In this document: positions 47,946 to 57,011 of the stretch, in pieces
How the letters are laid out: each line of letters starts with the position of its first letter
Numbering within the stretch: the stretch's first letter is position 1
NCBI GenBank assembly: GCA_020057405.1
Contig: JAGVFW010000013.1
Location: forward strand, 23,144 to 87,143
Reading direction: 5' to 3'
Length of the DNA: 64,000 bases
From: an archaeon
Lineage (GTDB): Archaea; Micrarchaeota; Micrarchaeia; Norongarragalinales; UBA97
Program-made: the position numbers and the translations under genes
The notes under the pieces: model-generated
The model's database searches: none
Told to the model about the DNA's origin: nothing
The model's input: the letters and a program-made list of their open reading frames with translations, nothing else

Positions 47946-48692
47946 ATGCCAGTAGAACGGGTCCAGAGCGGCATTTACGGCCTTGACGAGCTGATTACGG
48001 GAGGGTTCCCAAAGGGCCGCACCATCCTCATTAGCGGCGCGTGCGGCACGGGCAAGAGCATTTTGTGCAGCCAGTACCTCTACCGCGGGGCCGCCGAGTT
48101 CGACGAACCCGGAGTTTACGTCGCTTTTGACGAGCGGCCGGAAGAAATTAGGAGCGACATGGCGAACTTCGGCTGGGACATCGAAGCAATGGAAAAGAAA
48201 GGCAAGCTCGCGATTGTTGACGTTACTAGCGCCAAAGCCGGCGTGCCAAGCGAGGAAGACCACGCAATCCTCCCAGGCCAGCTTGACATTGACAAGATTC
48301 TCGTCGACGCGATTAGCGTGGCGCGCAACATTGGCGCGAAAAGAATGGTTTTCGACTCTATTCCCTCAATGGCCTTCCGCATGGACACCGTCCACGAAAT
48401 CCGCAAAGGCATCTTGAAGCTCGCCTACATTTCGGCCAAAGCCGGCTTGACGACGCTGATTACAACTGAAGCCGAGGAATCGCCTTCCGGCGTTCCAATC
48501 AAGTTTTCCCGCTACGAAGTCGAAGAATACGTTGCAGATGGCGTCGTCGTCCTAGGACTCTTCGGCGGCGGCCAAAGCGCCTTCCGCACACTCCACGTCC
48601 GCAAGATGCGAGGCACCAAACACGCCCTCGAACTCCACCCAATGGAAATAGGCGACAAGGGAATAACAGTCAAGAAGATAGGCGGAATTTAG
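47946..48692 (+). CDS. KaiC-like RecA-superfamily ATPase (single domain), copy 1
   Basis: …GIYGLDELITGGFPKGRTILISGACGTGKS… Walker A in a KaiC/RadA-like context. ~248 aa. Confidence 0.75.
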   Translation: MPVERVQSGIYGLDELITGGFPKGRTILISGACGTGKSILCSQYLYRGAAEFDEPGVYVAFDERPEEIRSDMANFGWDIEAMEKKGKLAIVDVTSAKAGVPSEEDHAILPGQLDIDKILVDAISVARNIGAKRMVFDSIPSMAFRMDTVHEIRKGILKLAYISAKAGLTTLITTEAEESPSGVPIKFSRYEVEEYVADGVVVLGLFGGGQSAFRTLHVRKMRGTKHALELHPMEIGDKGITVKKIGGI

Positions 48693-49225
48693 CTTCCACT
48701 GGTTTTTGGTTTCAAAATAAAAACACACTCTGCTTCCCCAGTACAAACACACTTGGTTTCTACGCATTCAATCTCTTTGTCATATATTGTCGTAAAAATA
48801 CCCGCAAAAAAACCCGCTATAAAATAATCCATAACTACCTTGGTCTTTTCGTTTTTTCGTAAATCATCTTTAGCTAATGAAGAAATTGCTCCGACGATTA
48901 TACTCCCATCTGGGTTTGAAGAAATTCGGTTTATTTTCGCAAGACCTTGTAACTCCACGATATTGCGCCATAACGCTACGCTCTCCATGCCCTTAACCTT
49001 AAAACGCTTATCTAAATCCTCGGAAAAATCCTTAGATGTCCTAAAACCCAAAGTGTACAGAAGTTTTCCAGATTTGGCACTGTTTCCTTCGTTAAGAAGA
49101 CTTCTCAAATGAGAGTGGATAGACGCAGGGTATAACAAATACGTAGAGTTGAAAATAGCCACATCGCCTTCAATAAAGCGCAATTGTTTTGCCATAAGCA
49201 ATTTTTTAAAAAAGCCGGATAACAA
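48689..49225 (-). CDS. V4R-domain (hydrocarbon/small-ligand binding, COG1719-like) protein
   Basis: C-terminal …ECVETKCVCTGEAECVFIL… is the V4R C-x-x-G…C-x-F pattern. The gene is AT-rich. Confidence 0.55.
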   Translation of the reverse strand: MLSGFFKKLLMAKQLRFIEGDVAIFNSTYLLYPASIHSHLRSLLNEGNSAKSGKLLYTLGFRTSKDFSEDLDKRFKVKGMESVALWRNIVELQGLAKINRISSNPDGSIIVGAISSLAKDDLRKNEKTKVVMDYFIAGFFAGIFTTIYDKEIECVETKCVCTGEAECVFILKPKTSGS

Positions 49226-49699
49226 CTAAGTCTCCCCACGTATTCGTTTTATTTTTTCCCACTTTTCAAAATTCAGTACTAAATCGGCTTCTTGGTCGCT
49301 AACAATCGTGCTAACCAAAACTTCTCGGATTTTGGGATTACGCACTAGTTTTGATATAGAAGCTGAAAGCGCTCGAGAAAACTTATCAGAACGCAATTTT
49401 GTAGTAAAATGCGCGGATATTGCTACTGGAACACCCGTCATAATCTCAATAAAGCCGCCTTTTTCGAAGAGAAACCGCTTGTAAAACTTTTCGCCAACGA
49501 TATCTTCACCAATGAAACAGGTTTTTTCTCCGAAGTTTCTCTCCAGTGACTTAACGAATTCAAACAAAGCACGATCAGTTTCAGATTCTGAATTTTGAGT
49601 CGCCAGCGCTACGAGATCCGCAGAGTCCGGCGTATCTGAACCAAAAGGTAGCGCTTCGGGAAGATCGATTAAAGTCACATACGAGTGTCTTAGTTTCAT
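49226..49699 (-). CDS. hypothetical protein (157 aa), co-oriented and contiguous with the V4R gene
   Basis: ORF only. AT-rich. Confidence 0.35.
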   Translation of the reverse strand: MKLRHSYVTLIDLPEALPFGSDTPDSADLVALATQNSESETDRALFEFVKSLERNFGEKTCFIGEDIVGEKFYKRFLFEKGGFIEIMTGVPVAISAHFTTKLRSDKFSRALSASISKLVRNPKIREVLVSTIVSDQEADLVLNFEKWEKIKRIRGET

Positions 49700-49872
49700 C
49701 CGGTACCTCCCACTAACACATTACGCATACTGTAACGCTATTTAAAAACACTAATCTACCCGCATCTCAAAAGACACAGCAGACTTAAAAAGAGACCTAG
49801 CCTACGGGTATATACGCTAAACGCAGGTAGAAGGAAAGAAACTAACCGATAGTAAAAAAACTGGGGTAGATT

Positions 49873-51171
49873 TTGTTGAAAAACTTGCAAGTTGGCATTG
49901 GCTTTTCGGAAGTAGCAGATTCAAAAAAGGCGGCTAAGGCGGCCTCTGAACAAGCGCTGAAAACACTTAAGAAAAAGCCAACAATCACCTACGTTTTCTT
50001 CGCAGGGGAATACGATCCTAAAGAAATAAGCAGGGGGTTAGTTGAAGCACTTGGCGATAGTGAATTTGTCGGGGGTTCCGGTGACGCGGTATTTTTTGAG
50101 GACAAGATATACCGGACCGGAATAGTGGTTGCGGCAATATACAGCGAATATCTCCACGTAGGAATCTCCTCAATCGAAGGAATATCAAAAGACCCCCACG
50201 GACTAGCTAGGAAAGTAACTGCAGAAGCAATGAAGAAAATTGCAATAGACAAGTATGTAGATCCATACTTACAGTTTACTAGAATGAGAAATAGCAGCAT
50301 AAAGTGGATGATTAAAAAACCATCATTCCACATTACAGTTTTTGCGAAAGGTATGAAATTGCCTCAGATGGGAGAAGAAACCAAAATATTACAAGGAATA
50401 ACTAGGGAAATGGGATTCAATGTTCCGATTTGGGGGGGCAGTTTCGGAGTACACCTCGAAAAGCTATTCGAACAAAAACCATACGACATTCACCTCTTAC
50501 ATTCAGGTAAAATACTCACAGACGGCTTAATCGTAGTAGTGAATTCAACAAGTCTACTCTACGGACTATCCTTAGCGCATGGTTCGCAACGGACAAACAA
50601 AATAGGCTTCATTTCTGGCGTTACGGGGGGCGGGTACGTGATAACGGGAATTTCCGGTAAAAACCCCATAGACTGGTATTGTGAAAACCTAAACATACCT
50701 CGAAAAGAGTTTTTAAAAAATTCCATAGTTATTACTCAGAAAAACCCATTAGGAATTCCTGACAACTATGGCGGATTTATTATTAGGGCGGGCGGAGTAC
50801 CCGCTGGAGAAAATCTAGCCTTTACTGCAACGTTCGAAGAAGGTTGGCCGGTATACATCATGGATTCGAGCATAAGCAATATGGCCACGGCACCGGGTAA
50901 AGTAATCGAAGACCTGCGTGCAAGTACCAACGAAGCAACTCCGGCTCTAGCTCTAGCAATCATCTGCGCATCATGCAGAATCGTCACAGGAGAAAAAGGC
51001 GTCGCCGGAGAACTCAAAGAATTAAAGAAAAAGCTCGGCGGGGCGCCAATCGTAGGTTTCTCGTCATTTACTGAAATTGGAGCTAAAGAGGGCGTACCCA
51101 CTACGGTACAGCACGAAGCTACAACCCTACTAACAATTTACGATAAATTGTTGCACGAAGTTAGGGATTGA
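49873..51171 (+). CDS. FIST-domain (FIST_N + FIST_C) putative small-ligand sensor protein
   Basis: N-terminal …PTITYVFFAGEYD… and C-terminal …PIVGFSSFTEIG… match the FIST N and C signatures. Confidence 0.6.
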   Translation: MLKNLQVGIGFSEVADSKKAAKAASEQALKTLKKKPTITYVFFAGEYDPKEISRGLVEALGDSEFVGGSGDAVFFEDKIYRTGIVVAAIYSEYLHVGISSIEGISKDPHGLARKVTAEAMKKIAIDKYVDPYLQFTRMRNSSIKWMIKKPSFHITVFAKGMKLPQMGEETKILQGITREMGFNVPIWGGSFGVHLEKLFEQKPYDIHLLHSGKILTDGLIVVVNSTSLLYGLSLAHGSQRTNKIGFISGVTGGGYVITGISGKNPIDWYCENLNIPRKEFLKNSIVITQKNPLGIPDNYGGFIIRAGGVPAGENLAFTATFEEGWPVYIMDSSISNMATAPGKVIEDLRASTNEATPALALAIICASCRIVTGEKGVAGELKELKKKLGGAPIVGFSSFTEIGAKEGVPTTVQHEATTLLTIYDKLLHEVRD

Positions 51172-51182
51172 GTTGAACCTGC

Positions 51183-52730
51183 GTGACACCTATTCGAAAC
51201 GCAACAATTTTAGTGCTGGGCGGAGCAGGACAAGTAGGCTTCGAATTTTGTTCACAAATCCTATCCAAAAATCCACTGAAGCTCATTATTTGCGATATAA
51301 ATGAGAAAAAAGTTAAGTCTGCCATTAGTAGATTAAATTCAAAAAGTCGTACGACCGCAAAAATCGGAGAATGGGGAGATATTTTTTCAGATAAACCGAC
51401 AGCGAAGTCTGCGCTCATTCAAATAAAAAGCAGCATTGTCGAACTGACGAACCGAACTGGCGTGCTGGCGGCTAGCGATGCCTCAGATACCTTCCTTTAC
51501 AAGCTGATATGCAAATACAAGCCCGACATCCTTGTTGATGCGGTCAATACAGCTACTGCACTGGCTTACAAAGATAGTCGCGAATCAAAAACGCGCGAAT
51601 CTACGCAACAAAACGACCTACCAGAACCGGTGCCGATTATGCAATTAATTCGACACACGCAAGTGTTGTTTCAGGCGTTCAGAAAAGCACAAACTAAGGA
51701 ATATATAAAAATAGGAACTGGCGGAACCGGCGGCCTTGGTTTCACTTTGCCATATACACACGGTGAAAATGAAGTTCCGTCAAAACTCCTAATGAGTAAA
51801 TCTGCCGTTGCAGGCGCGCAAACCATGCTTTTGTGGGTTTTGGCAAGAACTCCAATGATGCCAATAATAAAGGAAATTAAAGTTACGGCACTCATAGGAT
51901 GGAGAGAAATTGGGCGGGGTGAATTCACCATCGACTCCGAACCAATCGCACTCTATGATTGCCCAATTGAAAAGAGCCTAACTATCAGCGATGCGCTAAA
52001 AAAACACAATTCAATCAGATTAAATAAAAATCTACACGGGACGTGGATTGACACTGGAGAAAATGGAATATTTACTAAAGATATGTTCGCGGCTATTACT
52101 TCGAGAAACAACATGGAGCTAATTACTCCAGCAGAAATAGTCAAAATAATCATAGACGAAATTGAAGGCAAGCACACCGGGAAAGACACAATATCGGCCA
52201 TGGATAATGCAGTACTTGGCCCTACACTAATCGGAAGCGGAATGCGGCAAGTCGCTATAGATCGAATGAAGGATGACGACGAAGTTGTGGCAAGTATACC
52301 GACGCTAGGCCCCCTAACGGCAAAAATATTGTGGGAAGCCGCATTACTGAAAACCTCTTTCGAGAATATCGATCAAGTAATAAAAGAAAATGAAAAACAT
52401 ATATCGGAAAGGACTTTTGAAAAAATAAGCAGAGATCAAACGCTGAGAGCTAAAATAATATCCATAGGAATACCCATCCTCTTACCTTCTGGTAAGCTTC
52501 TTCGCGGTCCAACTATATCAATTCCAGATCAGAGTCGAGTATCCTCAAACCTGCGAGATGTCGAGACTTGGGCCGCCACTGGCTGGGTAGACCTTAGGCC
52601 TAAAAACTGGCTGCTTTGGAAAACCTGGCTCCGCGACTATCGCACATCTAATAACAATTCATTCAATATCGGCGAGATTTGCGGATGGATTTTTGCGCAT
52701 AAGCTTGGCGGAATGAGGATAAAACGGTGA
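51183..52730 (+). CDS. Rossmann-fold NAD(P)-binding oxidoreductase of uncertain family (515 aa)
   Basis: N-terminal ILVLGGAGQVGFEF…LIICDINEKK… (GxGxxG plus an acidic residue after β2) and …PDILVDAVN…. The remainder is unassigned. Confidence 0.5.
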   Translation: MTPIRNATILVLGGAGQVGFEFCSQILSKNPLKLIICDINEKKVKSAISRLNSKSRTTAKIGEWGDIFSDKPTAKSALIQIKSSIVELTNRTGVLAASDASDTFLYKLICKYKPDILVDAVNTATALAYKDSRESKTRESTQQNDLPEPVPIMQLIRHTQVLFQAFRKAQTKEYIKIGTGGTGGLGFTLPYTHGENEVPSKLLMSKSAVAGAQTMLLWVLARTPMMPIIKEIKVTALIGWREIGRGEFTIDSEPIALYDCPIEKSLTISDALKKHNSIRLNKNLHGTWIDTGENGIFTKDMFAAITSRNNMELITPAEIVKIIIDEIEGKHTGKDTISAMDNAVLGPTLIGSGMRQVAIDRMKDDDEVVASIPTLGPLTAKILWEAALLKTSFENIDQVIKENEKHISERTFEKISRDQTLRAKIISIGIPILLPSGKLLRGPTISIPDQSRVSSNLRDVETWAATGWVDLRPKNWLLWKTWLRDYRTSNNNSFNIGEICGWIFAHKLGGMRIKR

Positions 52731-53884
52731 TAACTAACTTCGAGGAGCTTTTAACAACATCCTCACGCACATTAGACCCGAAACAGATTTCACCAGCCGT
52801 ATGGGCTTCAAAAAATTGGGAAAAACTAGATAGGAAAAGTACTGAAACGACCCTTCTTCCGTTTATTAAGTTTCAAATTAATCGCGCTGGCAAAGCAATG
52901 CCAGATATTTACTCGCCATACACGAAAAAAAATACGCCAATAAACGAGTTTGAAGATTTTTTTAATTTACCTGCACTAGTAAAAGACACGGGAACCCACT
53001 CCATCGGATTTAGAGAAAAGGTCAAACTTAATCCGTATATACTATTACCAAAAGATACGAGTTCAGCTACGGTCGTCTATAAATCAGGCGGTACTCGGGG
53101 TACAGCCACTCCCACGTTTCTAACCACTTGGGATCACGAAGTTGAAGCGCTTTCCTTAAAAAAGTGCTTCGAGTATATGGGAATAAAGAAAGATGTGGTT
53201 GCGCTTAATTCTTACAATCCGACACATAAAGGCGGACAACTGATTACCAATGCACTCTTAGCTCTGGGCGTAAAAGTTATACCTAGGCGTACAACCGATA
53301 CGCCAACAGAAATGATTAACACGATAAAAACCTACGGCGTATCAATGTTAGCAACAGTACAAGGCCCACTTAGTGAAGATGATAATGTTCGAAAAGGCGC
53401 AGGGATAGATTTCCTATCACTTATTGAAGCGGGACAAGATGTACTCGAACAACACTTAGACTTGTTGTTCATTACCGGCTATTCGCTCATTCCGGAAGTT
53501 ATTGCTTGGTCAGAAAGTAATAAAAAAAACCTCGCTACGTGTTTAGGTTCTTCGGAAGCAATTCCCCAAGCAACTAGCACAGTAAAAGGTACAAAGTGCA
53601 AATACAACAACCTGCACCTGATTAACGGCCCCCACTACCTCGAAATCGTAAAGCTGGAATCTGGAACACTCGTTCCAGTAAAACGGGGAGAAACTGGCCT
53701 GCTACTATACACCACCATTGCAAGAGACGGTACGATATACATCCGATACGCTCCGGGTGACGCGGCAACACTAACGGCTTACGGTGGAGAATGCGACTGT
53801 GGAATACGTACACCCATCATTTCAAATATTCGAAGAATAGATATACCTGAAGATACTATTGCCGCCGGCTGTTGCATAGGGTAG
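52727..53884 (+). CDS. adenylate-forming acyl-protein synthetase-like enzyme (LuxE / PaaK / F390-synthetase superfamily)
   Basis: …VYKSGGTRGTATPTF… is P-loop-like [ST]SG[ST]xG. …YAPGDAATL… is present. The C-terminus ends …GCCIG, as with the LuxE acyl-Cys near its C-terminus. Confidence 0.5.
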   Translation: MITNFEELLTTSSRTLDPKQISPAVWASKNWEKLDRKSTETTLLPFIKFQINRAGKAMPDIYSPYTKKNTPINEFEDFFNLPALVKDTGTHSIGFREKVKLNPYILLPKDTSSATVVYKSGGTRGTATPTFLTTWDHEVEALSLKKCFEYMGIKKDVVALNSYNPTHKGGQLITNALLALGVKVIPRRTTDTPTEMINTIKTYGVSMLATVQGPLSEDDNVRKGAGIDFLSLIEAGQDVLEQHLDLLFITGYSLIPEVIAWSESNKKNLATCLGSSEAIPQATSTVKGTKCKYNNLHLINGPHYLEIVKLESGTLVPVKRGETGLLLYTTIARDGTIYIRYAPGDAATLTAYGGECDCGIRTPIISNIRRIDIPEDTIAAGCCIG

Positions 53885-55311
53885 AACAAATGACCCACCT
53901 AAAATTTAACAACTATATAGGCGGAAAGGAAGTTCTACTTTCAGGACAAACTTTTACAGTTGAAAGCAGCATATATCCCGACTATCAGTTTCTAGCTCCT
54001 GAAGCGGGACTATTTGATATTAAAACGGCAATTTCTAAGGCGCGTACATCTGTAAAAGACTGCCACGCACTTACCTTTAGCGAACGAATAGAAATACTTG
54101 AACGAGCGGCGGCTTCTTTTTCGCCAACTGCAACTGATTTCGAGTTCGCTGTCAAAACCACAGGCATGCCCATATCAAATGTTAGGTCTTTTTCAGAAGA
54201 TATTCGAAATATTTACCGCAATGTACCGATTGCTATAGAAAAGCACATAGGCCGGCTGGGCGACCGGTTCGGACATGACCTTAGACACTCAGAAGGCACC
54301 GTGCATTTTGAACCAATAAATGGAATAGTATATGCAATTACGCCAGGTAACGATATTCGCGTAACCGCATTCATTGCAAGTTGGCTAGTAGCCTTAGGAA
54401 TACCCGGAATATTTAAATGCTCAAAAAACGACCTCGCGTTTGCTAATAAAACTTTACAAAAGTTAGTCGAGGCGGGCTATCCGGAAGGCGGTCTTAACCT
54501 GCTTTGTTGGGATACACAAAAAAAGGAAAATGCTAAATTAAATTTCGAATTGGTAGATTCTTCGAAAGTTGTTTGGGCATATGGAGCCGATTCGACCGTT
54601 GATTTCATGCTTCGATTTGAAACAAAATCTGAAAACCAAGTTTTAGATCACTTTTCGGACAAAACCATACTAAGACATGCAACCGGAAGAACCGCAGCTA
54701 TATCCTCTCCGAAAACAGACATCGAAAAAGTATCTGAACGCGCGACTACCTCCGCTTTAACTTGGCCGATTGGTTGTAACTCGCTAAAAGCACTATTTAA
54801 CGCATCCAACAAAAACACCGAGGTTGTTAGCGCCCTAACGGAAAAGTTCGAGCAACTTGCTAAACATACCGGCGACCCCATGAAAAACACTACGAAGATA
54901 GGCTTCACGGAACCAAAACTACTAGCCCAGGTGTGGAACAGAATAAATGACCTCAAAAAAACCGGTCAGCTTAGCTTGCTTACTGGAGAAAAAATTAGTG
55001 AAAGACAATGCACGCCGCTACTCTTAGAAACTCTCGACCTTAATTCGGAATTCCTAAACACTGAATTTTCTACTTATCTACTAACTATCAAAAACTGCTC
55101 CGGGTTTAGTGAAGCGATAGATGAGGTCAATGTAACTTCAGGTGCGAATAGACGACTCGTAGTAACTGTTTTTTCTTCTGAAAATGAAAAACTCGGAAGA
55201 ATTCACGCGCACCGAATAAATATGAACACCATAACAACCGATCTCGACCTATTATTTCAAGAAGGAAACGACTACTTTAGCAAACTGACTACGCCCCAAC
55301 TTCATAAATGA
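53872..55311 (+). CDS. LuxC-like acyl-CoA/acyl-protein reductase (divergent ALDH superfamily)
   Basis: Segment-by-segment similarity to the LuxC pattern. AITPGNDIRVTAFIASWLVAL matches LLAGNVPLSGIMSILRAIL. GIFKCSKNDLAFAN matches CIIKTSSTDPFTAN. VVWAYGAD matches VIVAWGGPD. ERQC matches QRAC (catalytic Cys). Confidence 0.6.
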   Translation: MHRVEQMTHLKFNNYIGGKEVLLSGQTFTVESSIYPDYQFLAPEAGLFDIKTAISKARTSVKDCHALTFSERIEILERAAASFSPTATDFEFAVKTTGMPISNVRSFSEDIRNIYRNVPIAIEKHIGRLGDRFGHDLRHSEGTVHFEPINGIVYAITPGNDIRVTAFIASWLVALGIPGIFKCSKNDLAFANKTLQKLVEAGYPEGGLNLLCWDTQKKENAKLNFELVDSSKVVWAYGADSTVDFMLRFETKSENQVLDHFSDKTILRHATGRTAAISSPKTDIEKVSERATTSALTWPIGCNSLKALFNASNKNTEVVSALTEKFEQLAKHTGDPMKNTTKIGFTEPKLLAQVWNRINDLKKTGQLSLLTGEKISERQCTPLLLETLDLNSEFLNTEFSTYLLTIKNCSGFSEAIDEVNVTSGANRRLVVTVFSSENEKLGRIHAHRINMNTITTDLDLLFQEGNDYFSKLTTPQLHK

Positions 55312-55325
55312 ACGAATAGAACGCA

Positions 55326-56099
55326 TTAAAGCTTCAAAACGTCTTCATCGGAAACAAACTCGATTCCGCTCTTTGAAAATCTATACGATAACGCCTTCCG
55401 TTCATGATCAGTATACCTCATTTTTCTAACTTGCAAAGATCGAAATTCGGCAGTACCTATTCCAAAAAAACTCAGGAAAATTACACCATCGGCAAGAAAT
55501 TCTGAAATTCCGTCCGAACTCATACCTTTTCCTCGCTCTGGCAATTCTGAAGTGAGAAAAATTGTCGCACCCAACGCCCTTAGACTAGAAATAACCGTAG
55601 CTAACATTCGCTTAGTCATAGTTTTCTCCGAAGTACTCCTAGGTGGAATTTTATCTAAACTTCGTGAAGGCACCCCTCCGCGCTTAAGCAATACTTCCTT
55701 TGCAAAATCAGATACCAAGGCAAACTCAGAAAAAGTACTCATAGAGTCTAAAACCAGCCGTTGCGGAGAAAACTGACGAATCGCAGTGAAAATTTCGCTC
55801 AAAAAAGACTCGTCCTTTAATATATCTACATAAACTATTTTGAGCAAGTTTTTATCTACCCAAAGATTCAAATCCCACCCGTATTGGGCAGCTTGCTTAT
55901 TCAATTCTTCAAACGTCTGTTCGGTTGAAACGTACATACTTCGCTCATTATTTGCTATCCCCTGAAGTAAGAAATGCAAACATAAGGTACTCTTACCAGT
56001 TCCGGCCCCCCCCGAAATTAATACTACGTTCCCCTTAGGAATGCCCCCACTAATGGCCTCATCCAAGCCGATAATGCCAGTTTTAACTCTCTCAATCAT
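55326..56099 (-). CDS. KaiC-like RecA-superfamily ATPase (single domain), copy 2; ~35% identical to copy 1
   Basis: …GIIGLDEAISGGIPKGNVVLISGGAGTGKS… plus a Walker B-like VLDSMS. Confidence 0.75.
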   Translation of the reverse strand: MIERVKTGIIGLDEAISGGIPKGNVVLISGGAGTGKSTLCLHFLLQGIANNERSMYVSTEQTFEELNKQAAQYGWDLNLWVDKNLLKIVYVDILKDESFLSEIFTAIRQFSPQRLVLDSMSTFSEFALVSDFAKEVLLKRGGVPSRSLDKIPPRSTSEKTMTKRMLATVISSLRALGATIFLTSELPERGKGMSSDGISEFLADGVIFLSFFGIGTAEFRSLQVRKMRYTDHERKALSYRFSKSGIEFVSDEDVLKL

Positions 56100-56120
56100 C
56101 GAGATACTTAGGCTTGCCCA

Positions 56121-57011
56121 TTAAAAAAGCATATCGGATCGGGTAGCTTTACCCCGTTTGAATCCACCTTTAGTCGGGCCTACCTCAAACACGCATTTTT
56201 GGTCGCCTTTTGCTATGCACTTGGTTTCTTTTGCTTCGATTGCTGGGTCACCATACATTACGGCGAATCCTCCCGCTAGGCAGCCGCGCAGAAAATCGTC
56301 CACAGGCTCCTTGCTTTTTCCGAAACGATTAAGGTATTCGACTGCGAAGGGAGAATAATCTACTGTGACGAAAGCGGTTTTATTTGCCGTATCTATCTGC
56401 TCGATGTTTAGACTCCCCCAGCCGACTATTGAGAGCGTGTCAATGCCGTGCTGGAGTTCTACATCCAAGTCGCCACGGGTTACGCCCGTTCTACGCATTT
56501 CAGAATACCAACTGACGCTCATATCTCTTACCGTTTTGTAAAGAAGGCCGGGCTTCTTTTTGAGTTCAATGTGCCAAAGTAGGTACTGATACATCGGAAT
56601 CATGCAAATCTTGTGCCCAAATAAGTAAAGCTCATCCTTCGACAGGGTGAGATTTCCACTAAGCAAAAGATGTTTGAGCAGCGACAATGCCCTAAATGCA
56701 GAAAACATCCGGCCCTTGGCCGGAATGGCGAAAAAAGTTTTTGAATCGGAAGACGCCTGTATTGTCGAAATTTCTTGCGCCAAATTTCCCAACCAAACGC
56801 GATTAATAGAATAACCGGCATCATCTTTCACTAGCATTCCGGCGGCGGCCATTTCGCCGAGCGCCTTGTGTACGCCTTGGTAGGTAGCTTTGGTGCCTTC
56901 CTTTTGCACTGCCTTGAACGTTTCTTTTGCCGTTAGGGGCGCTTGCTCGGAGAGCGCGTTAAGCGTGGCGCCTTTCACACCGCCCAATGCAGAGCCTAGG
57001 ACTGAACTCAT
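56121..57011 (-). CDS. winged-helix plus V4R-domain putative ligand-responsive regulator (start moved to MSSVLGS…)
   Basis: The N-terminal wHTH (…PLTAKETFKAV…ATYQGVHKALGEM…GYSIN…) is shared with the three upstream paralogues. The C-terminus has …KCIAKGDQKCVFEV…, a V4R pattern. Confidence 0.55.
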   Translation of the reverse strand: MSSVLGSALGGVKGATLNALSEQAPLTAKETFKAVQKEGTKATYQGVHKALGEMAAAGMLVKDDAGYSINRVWLGNLAQEISTIQASSDSKTFFAIPAKGRMFSAFRALSLLKHLLLSGNLTLSKDELYLFGHKICMIPMYQYLLWHIELKKKPGLLYKTVRDMSVSWYSEMRRTGVTRGDLDVELQHGIDTLSIVGWGSLNIEQIDTANKTAFVTVDYSPFAVEYLNRFGKSKEPVDDFLRGCLAGGFAVMYGDPAIEAKETKCIAKGDQKCVFEVGPTKGGFKRGKATRSDMLF

